From positions 792,038 through 856,037 of the forward strand of contig CAWIAV010000002.1 of NCBI GenBank assembly GCA_963834245.1: a stretch of DNA of 64,000 nt. Direction: 5' to 3'. The stretch is from an uncultured Actinomycetota bacterium. GTDB lineage: Bacteria; Actinomycetota; Actinomycetes; Propionibacteriales; Nocardioidaceae. How positions within the stretch are numbered: position 1 is the stretch's first letter; the number at the start of each line of letters is the position of its first letter. The position numbers and the translations under genes are program-made. The notes under the pieces were generated by a model. It was not told the DNA's origin, searched no databases, and saw only the letters and a list, made by a program, of their open reading frames with translations. Positions 58,349 to 64,000 of the stretch are shown piece after piece.

Positions 58349-59440
58349 ATGAGCACGGGTCCAGCCCTGTCGCGCACACGCGAGCGGCTGGTGCGTGCGG
58401 CGGACTCGGCGAGCAGCGTCAACGAGCTGTTCGCCTCGATGGCCCGGGTGCTGCGGGAGGTGACGCCGCTCGACGGCTGGTGCGGCCACACCCTCGATCC
58501 CGCGACGTCGATGCCCACCGGTGGCGACGCCCGTGAGGGGTATGCCCCCGAGCTGCTCTCGCGGCTCCTGGAGATCGAGTACGGCGTGGGGGACGTGAAC
58601 CCGTTCAACGACCTGCTCCAGAGACCTGAACCGGTCGGCGTGCTGCGCGACGCGACCAACGGTGACCCCGCCCGGAGTGCCAGGTACCGCGAGGTGATCA
58701 CCCCGTCGGGCTTCGAGCACGAGCTGCGAGCGGTCTTCCGGCACCAGGGTCGGCCCTGGGGAGCCTTCGTGGCGATCCGCGCCGACGACGCGCCACCGTT
58801 CACAACGGTCGAGACCGAGCTGCTGGCGTCGGTCTCCACCGCAATGGCGACAGCGGTGAAGCGGCTCCTCCTCCAGGCGCACGTGGACTCCGGTGGCGTT
58901 CCCGACAGCGCCGGGCTGCTGCTGCTCGATGCCGAGCTGCACATCTCCACGTGCACCCCGGAGGCCGGGCGCTGGCTGTCGCGGCTGGCCGAGAGGGAGA
59001 TCTGCGAGCTGCCGCTGTCGGTGGTGGCGTTGGCGCGCAGCGCCGTCGGCCAGGGGACCACGGTGCGCAGCCGGGTCCGCACGAGCGAGGGCGCCTGGAT
59101 CACGATGACCGCATGGTCCCTGGACGGGGGCAGGGTCGCGATATCGCTTGAACCGGCCGCGCCGCACGACCTGACCGCGATCGCCCTCGAGGCCTACTCG
59201 CTGTCGCCCCGAGAGCGCGAGGTCGTGCAGCTCGTCCTGCTGGGGCTCTCGACCGCGGAGATCGGCAGGCGGCTGTTCCTGTCGCCGTACACCGTGCAGG
59301 ACCACCTCAAGGCTGTGTTCGAGAAGACCGGTGTGCGCTCGCGCCGCGAGCTGGCCGCCGACCTCTTCTTCCGGCACTACCTGCCGCGCATCGAGCGCGG
59401 CACCCCCCTCAACGCGGAGGGCTGGTTCGCCGAAGGCTGA
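58349..59440 (+). CDS. GAF-like plus LuxR-HTH transcriptional regulator
   Basis: 'TLDPATSMPT', 'ELRAVFR..GRPWGA', C-terminal 'LSPREREVVQLVLLGLSTAEIGRRLFLSPYTVQDHLKAVFEKTGVRSR'. TACTTT lies 6 nt before the ATG. Confidence 0.9.
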   Translation: MSTGPALSRTRERLVRAADSASSVNELFASMARVLREVTPLDGWCGHTLDPATSMPTGGDAREGYAPELLSRLLEIEYGVGDVNPFNDLLQRPEPVGVLRDATNGDPARSARYREVITPSGFEHELRAVFRHQGRPWGAFVAIRADDAPPFTTVETELLASVSTAMATAVKRLLLQAHVDSGGVPDSAGLLLLDAELHISTCTPEAGRWLSRLAEREICELPLSVVALARSAVGQGTTVRSRVRTSEGAWITMTAWSLDGGRVAISLEPAAPHDLTAIALEAYSLSPREREVVQLVLLGLSTAEIGRRLFLSPYTVQDHLKAVFEKTGVRSRRELAADLFFRHYLPRIERGTPLNAEGWFAEG

Positions 59441-59556
59441 ACCGAGTCCGGCCTGCATCGCGGCGTACGACGAACTGCCGGGCCAAGCCGATTGCGCGTC
59501 CGCGTCGAATCCCTTGCTGCGAGCGACGAGTTCGCACCGCGACGAGGAGGCACCTG

Positions 59557-59757
59557 ATGGCCGGCACGACGACTGCGGCGACACCCAGCGTCACCATCTC
59601 GGTGCGCGAGCTCGCGGGCAGGTTGCTGGGTCTGCCCGGCGCAGCCCGCGGCGCCGAGTGCACGGGCGACTCGACGTGCGCGTGCGGGCAGGCGCTCGAC
59701 TGCTGCCACAGCGGGCACTGCCCTCGCTGCGGGGTCGCGCTGCGCTCGACCACGTGA
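59557..59757 (+). CDS. Small cysteine-rich protein (66 aa, 7 Cys)
   Basis: Strong GAGGAGG RBS; C-terminal 'CTGDSTCACGQALDCCHSGHCPRCG'. Confidence 0.65.
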   Translation: MAGTTTAATPSVTISVRELAGRLLGLPGAARGAECTGDSTCACGQALDCCHSGHCPRCGVALRSTT

Positions 59758-59855
59758 TCGGCCGCGGCGACTGATTCGAAGCCTGGGCCACGCGCTCGTA
59801 GACTGACCCGAGCGCCCGGACCCCCGCGGCACCCTCCCCGACGATGCAGGACCCT

Positions 59856-61511
59856 GTGACTTCCACGCCCTCCGACCGCCCAGCCGCCTCCAGCCACCCC
59901 AGCGCCGCACGCCTTCGCGAAGTGACCCGCGAGGCCTCGCGTCGCCGCACGTTCGCGGTGATCAGCCACCCCGACGCCGGCAAGTCGACCCTGACCGAGG
60001 CCCTGGCGCTGCACGCCCAGGTGATCACGGAGGCAGGCGCGGTGCACGGCAAGGCCGGGCGTCGCTCGACGGTCTCGGACTGGATGGAGATGGAGAAGGC
60101 CCGAGGCATCTCGATCACCTCGGCCGCCCTGCAGTTCGCCTACGGCGACCACGTGGTCAACCTGGTCGACACCCCCGGCCACTCCGACTTCTCCGAGGAC
60201 ACCTACCGGGTGCTGTCCGCGGTCGACGCCGCGGTGATGCTCGTCGACGCGGCCAAGGGGCTCGAGCCCCAGACGTTGAAGCTGTTCCGGGTCTGCAAGG
60301 CCAGGGGCCTGCCGGTGATCACGGTCATCAACAAGTGGGACCGGCCGGGACTCGACGCACTGACCCTGATGGAGGAGATCCAGAACCGGATCGGCCTCGT
60401 CCCGACGCCGCTGACCTGGCCGGTCGGCATCGCCGGTGACTTCAAGGGCGTGCTGGAGCGGCGTACCGGTGACTACGTCGCCTACACGCGCACCGCCGGT
60501 GGCGCCACGCGAGCGCCGGAGGAGCGGATGGGTCCGGAAGCCGCCTCGGCCCGGGCAGGTGTCGACTGGGACGCCGCGGTCGAGGAGCACGAGCTGCTCT
60601 CCGCCGACGGGGCCGATCACGACCAGCACCTCTTCCTCACCGGCTTCACCACCCCGGTGCTGTTCGCCTCGGCCATCTCGAACTTCGGCGTCGCCGCACT
60701 GCTCGACACACTCGTCGAGCTGGCGCCGCCGGCCGCACCCTTCCGCCACGGCGAGGACGGCCCAGAGGGCCGTCCGGCGCAGGTTCGCGAGGTGTCTGCC
60801 CCGTTCAGTGCCTTCGTGTTCAAGGTGCAGGCCGGGATGGACACCAACCACCGTGACCGGGTCGCGTTCGCGCGGGTCTGCTCCGGGGTCTTCGAGCGCG
60901 GCATGGTGGCCACCCACGCACAGTCGGGGCGTCCGTTCGTGACCAAGTACGCCCAGGCGATCTTCGGGCGAGACCGCGAGGTCATCGACACCGCCTACCC
61001 GGGCGACATCATCGGGCTGGTCAATGCCAATGCCCTGACGATCGGGGACACGATCTACCTCGACGAGGCGGTGACCTTCCCGCCGATCGCGACCTTCGCG
61101 CCCGAACACTTCGCGGTCGCCTCGGCGAAGGACAGCGGCCGACACAAGCAGTTCCGGCGCGGCATCGACCAGCTCGACAGCGAGGGCGTGGTCCAGGTGC
61201 TGCGCTCGGAGCTGCGCGGACAGCAGTCGCCGGTGCTCGCGGCGGTGGGGCCGATGCAGTTCGAGGTCGCCGCCGCGCGGATGGAGAGCGAGTTCGGGGC
61301 ACCGATCCGGCTGGAGCACCTCGGCTACACCCAGGCTCGGCTCACCGATGCCGCATCGGCTCCGGCGCTGGCCGCGATCCGGGGCATCGAGATCCTCCAG
61401 CGCACCGACGGTGCGCTGCTCGCGCTCGCTCCCGACAAGTGGCGGGTCAGCGTGATCGAGCGCGACCACCCGGATCTCACGTTCGAACCGCTCATCGCCG
61501 GCGAGAGCTGA
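59856..61511 (+). CDS. prfC: Peptide chain release factor 3
   Basis: 'RRTFAVISHPDAGKSTLTE', 'SDWMEME..RGISITS', 'DTPGH.DFSEDTYR', 'NKWDR', 'AVG.MQFEV'. Confidence 0.96.
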   Translation: MTSTPSDRPAASSHPSAARLREVTREASRRRTFAVISHPDAGKSTLTEALALHAQVITEAGAVHGKAGRRSTVSDWMEMEKARGISITSAALQFAYGDHVVNLVDTPGHSDFSEDTYRVLSAVDAAVMLVDAAKGLEPQTLKLFRVCKARGLPVITVINKWDRPGLDALTLMEEIQNRIGLVPTPLTWPVGIAGDFKGVLERRTGDYVAYTRTAGGATRAPEERMGPEAASARAGVDWDAAVEEHELLSADGADHDQHLFLTGFTTPVLFASAISNFGVAALLDTLVELAPPAAPFRHGEDGPEGRPAQVREVSAPFSAFVFKVQAGMDTNHRDRVAFARVCSGVFERGMVATHAQSGRPFVTKYAQAIFGRDREVIDTAYPGDIIGLVNANALTIGDTIYLDEAVTFPPIATFAPEHFAVASAKDSGRHKQFRRGIDQLDSEGVVQVLRSELRGQQSPVLAAVGPMQFEVAAARMESEFGAPIRLEHLGYTQARLTDAASAPALAAIRGIEILQRTDGALLALAPDKWRVSVIERDHPDLTFEPLIAGES

Positions 61512-61520
61512 ATCCTGGGG

Positions 61521-61913
61521 CTACTGCTCCAGCGACCGCGGGTCCGAAGGTACGTCGACGGCGTAGCGCTGGAGCACGTCGAGCGGCACGATCGGTAGGA
61601 CCGCCTCGTTGGTCGCGGCCAGCACGACCGGAGCGGCCGCTCCGTCGTCGTAGGCGCGCGCCCAGTTCACCGCCGTCACGCACCAGCGGTCGCCCGGCAC
61701 GAGGCCGGGGAAGCGGAACTGGGGGTGCGGGGTCGACAGGTCGTTGCCGATGCTGCGCTGGTGCTCGAGGAACTCGGCCGTGACGACCGCACAGATCGTG
61801 TGGCTGCCGAGGTCCTCCGGCCCGGTGTTGCAGCAGCCGTCCCGGTAGAACCCGGTCATCGGGTCGAGGCCACACGGTTCGAGGTCCTCACCGAGGACGT
61901 TGAGCTCTGCCAT
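61521..61913 (-). CDS. DUF2237 family protein
   Basis: 'NVLGEDLEPC..DPMTGFYRDGCC', 'FLEHQRSIGNDLSTP', 'PGDRWC'. Confidence 0.9.
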   Translation of the reverse strand: MAELNVLGEDLEPCGLDPMTGFYRDGCCNTGPEDLGSHTICAVVTAEFLEHQRSIGNDLSTPHPQFRFPGLVPGDRWCVTAVNWARAYDDGAAAPVVLAATNEAVLPIVPLDVLQRYAVDVPSDPRSLEQ

Positions 61914-61955
61914 GGGACCCAGCATTGCCTACCGGGCCCAGCAGGACGCGGCGGG

Positions 61956-62999
61956 CTACTTGTAGGCGATCCCAGCGCTCGCGGGCCCGGCCAGCGGGAC
62001 GATCTCGACCTCGCGGAAGCCCACTTCGCGACACCAGCCCTCGAAGTCGCTGCCCGTGAAGTCGAACGCGTCGCCGAACTCGATCAGCATGTTCAGCGAC
62101 ATCATCAGCCCGAACGCGTTCTCCCGACGAGCGTCGTCGATGATGTTCTCGATCACGATGAAGGCGCCACCCTCCGGGATGGCGTCGTACGCCGCCCGGA
62201 TCAGATGCATCTTCTTCTCCAGGTTCCAGTCGTGCAGGATCATGCCCATCGTGACCACGTCAGCCTTCGGCAGCGGGTCGGTGAGGAAGTCGCCGGTGGC
62301 CGTGGACACACGCTCGGAGAGCCCCGCCCCGGCAATGGCTCGCTCGGCTATCGGCGCCACCGGCGGCAGGTCGAAGGACGTGCAACGCAGGTGCGGGTGG
62401 TGTCCGGCCAGGATCATGCTGAGCTGCCCGGTGGCCCCGCCGACGTCGCACAGCGTGGAGTAGCGGGAGAAGTCGAACTTCTGCGCCAGGGCGTGGAAGT
62501 TGCCCAGCGAGATGCCGGACATCGCCTCCATGAACTGTTCGAGCCGGGCCGGGTCGGCGTACAGCTCCTCGAACATGGGCTTCCCACTGTGCTTGATCTC
62601 GTTCTGCGGCTTGCCGGTCTGCAGCGCCTCGGTCAGGCCGCCCCAGAACTCGAAGAGTCGTGCGTTGAGCATCTCCAGGATGCCGCCGATGTAGGTCGGA
62701 CTGTTCTTGTCCAGGAAGACGCCGGTGTCGGGGGTGTTCGCATACCGGGCCGCAGGGCCGTCACCCTCGCGGGCCAGGAGGCCCAGCGCGACCAGGGTGT
62801 CGAGGAAGTCGAAGGTCGCGCGCGGATGGAGCCCGAGCCTCTCCTCGACCTCGGCGCCGGTCAACGCGTCCCGACCGAGCGCGGTGAACAGCTCCAGCTC
62901 CACAGCTGAGAGCAGTGTCTTGGAGGCCCAGAAGCCGGCCCCCACCTGCATGATGTGGGCGGGGTCGACCTCCGCCTCGGACTGCACGGACGTAGCCAT
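61956..62999 (-). CDS. O-methyltransferase with dimerisation domain
   Basis: 'FWASKTLLSAVELELF', 'DVGGATG', 'FDLP', 'GDFL..PLP.ADV..M..ILHDW'. Confidence 0.9.
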   Translation of the reverse strand: MATSVQSEAEVDPAHIMQVGAGFWASKTLLSAVELELFTALGRDALTGAEVEERLGLHPRATFDFLDTLVALGLLAREGDGPAARYANTPDTGVFLDKNSPTYIGGILEMLNARLFEFWGGLTEALQTGKPQNEIKHSGKPMFEELYADPARLEQFMEAMSGISLGNFHALAQKFDFSRYSTLCDVGGATGQLSMILAGHHPHLRCTSFDLPPVAPIAERAIAGAGLSERVSTATGDFLTDPLPKADVVTMGMILHDWNLEKKMHLIRAAYDAIPEGGAFIVIENIIDDARRENAFGLMMSLNMLIEFGDAFDFTGSDFEGWCREVGFREVEIVPLAGPASAGIAYK

Positions 63000-63192
63000 G
63001 ACTGTCTCCTTCGCGAGCGCGTTCCGGACCGACGCGCCCCTGTGGCCGAGACGCGCCACTTCCTCGACCCTACGACCGACTCTGGCTCCTGCCTAGGGTC
63101 CGATCCCGAGGTGGTCGGCGCTGGACGGTGACCGGCCACGTGCGGGACATTGGATCGCAGCAGGGCATCGCCAAGGTGTGGGGAGCAGCCGG

Positions 63193-63573
63193 ATGACACG
63201 TCGGGTCAGAGTTGGTTCAACAGCGGACTTCGTCCCGGGCGAGCTACGCACCGTCGACGCCGACGGCGTCTCGCTCGTGGTGGCGCGCGACGGCGACTCC
63301 TACTGCGCCGCCCGAAACCGCTGTCCGCACATGGGCTTCCCCCTGGGTAGGGGACCCGGTGGGGTGCGGTACGCCGACGGGGTGGTCCAGTGCCCGTGGC
63401 ACAACTCGAAGTTCGAGCTGTGCTCGGGCCGGAACCTCGACTGGGCCACCGGCTTCGCGGGGCGCGAGATGCCGCGGTGGACCCGGAGCCTGGTCGCCCT
63501 CGGGCGGACGCCGACCGCGCTGACGACCTACCCGGTCGTCGTCGAGGGCGAGGACGTCTACGTCGAGCTCTGA
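63193..63573 (+). CDS. Rieske (2Fe-2S) domain protein
   Basis: 'NRCPHMG' and 'QCPWHNSKF' Rieske ligand boxes. Confidence 0.9.
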   Translation: MTRRVRVGSTADFVPGELRTVDADGVSLVVARDGDSYCAARNRCPHMGFPLGRGPGGVRYADGVVQCPWHNSKFELCSGRNLDWATGFAGREMPRWTRSLVALGRTPTALTTYPVVVEGEDVYVEL

Positions 63574-63610
63574 GGCGCGTCGTCCTCATCGGACACCGGC
63601 TGCGTCGGAC

Positions 63611-64000
63611 TCAGGACGATGGTGCGCGTCGGAGGTCCCGGCCAACCGGGGTGAGCAGACAACGTGACGCCAGGCCCACGGTGTGCCCCAGCATCGCGAC
63701 GTAGCGGGCCGAGAGGAACGAGAAGTGCCGGGTGGCCCAGATCGTCTCCGCGGTCACCCAGGCGAGGTCGCGGGCCTTGTCGATGTTCCAGGCGCTGACG
63801 AGGTGCACCAGCGGGCCGACGGCGTCGTCGACGTACAGCTCGACCTCGTTGAGGAACGAGCGTCGGATCTCGGACTCCACCGAGGCCAGCACCGCGTTGA
63901 TGCGCTCGTAGTCGCGGCGGACGAAAGCACGGCTCAGCGGTACCTCCCGGGCGCGGCAGGTCGCCACGAGCGCCAGGGGGAGGTCGTTCTCGATGTGCGC
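63611..64000 (-). CDS. DUF5995-like protein, 5'-truncated by window edge
   Basis: 'AHIENDLPLALV', 'DYERINAVL', 'WNIDKARDLAW'. Confidence 0.65.
   Translation of the reverse strand, partial: AHIENDLPLALVATCRAREVPLSRAFVRRDYERINAVLASVESEIRRSFLNEVELYVDDAVGPLVHLVSAWNIDKARDLAWVTAETIWATRHFSFLSARYVAMLGHTVGLASRCLLTPVGRDLRRAPSS

Noticed and set aside
56840-59440. 866-aa ORF
   Set aside because: The first ~500 aa are antisense to the FAD oxidoreductase; the real regulator starts at 58349.
63000-63192. Possible regulator boxes between the O-methyltransferase and Rieske genes
   Set aside because: No convincing palindrome or repeat beyond what high-GC DNA gives by chance.
59557-63573. Possible RiPP cluster (Cys-rich peptide with nearby O-methyltransferase and Rieske protein)
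   Set aside because: The genes are separated by prfC and DUF2237, lie on mixed strands, and there is no radical SAM, YcaO, LanM, protease or transporter.

Overview
High-GC actinobacterial chromosome segment. The gene content is Nocardioides-like, but that is an inference. From the left, it carries a LacI-regulated beta-glucoside/sugar uptake cluster (GH1 glucosidase, ABC permeases, binding protein, MsiK-type ATPase). Next is the conserved actinobacterial glpX-DUF4245-xseB-xseA-ispH-DUF6542-rmuC...ychF neighbourhood, interrupted by a ~17 kb accessory block (tandem GH26-like protein, xth, secreted CocE/NonD peptidase, cstA, Ski2-like helicase, fadD-phaC-phaZ-fadE operon). A 1.7 kb integrase-less islet at the ychF 3' end is bounded by 23-bp direct repeats and carries an XRE-HTH/AbiEii-type toxin-antitoxin pair. 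The rest is ~22 kb of small accessory regulator/enzyme modules (guanidine-III riboswitch-gdx, ECF42-YciI, two DUF222-HNH genes, two BBE-like FAD oxidoreductases), followed by prfC. No rRNA, tRNA, CRISPR array, integrase or IS transposase was recognised. Roughly 8-10 single-base indels disrupt otherwise intact genes, which suggests an unpolished long-read assembly, so frameshift calls are provisional. The most notable observations are: (1) the tandem GH26-like protein has lost both catalytic glutamates in its first domain through two-base codon changes; (2) the att-bounded TA islet has a 23-bp inverted-repeat operator over its promoter; (3) a FAD oxidoreductase is joined in frame to a Rid protein lacking the catalytic Arg; (4) there is a Pseudomonas-type class II PHA operon. 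Start codons were re-chosen from the ORF track using RBS, leaderless -10 boxes and family N-termini. All family assignments come from recognising motifs by eye, not from database searches.
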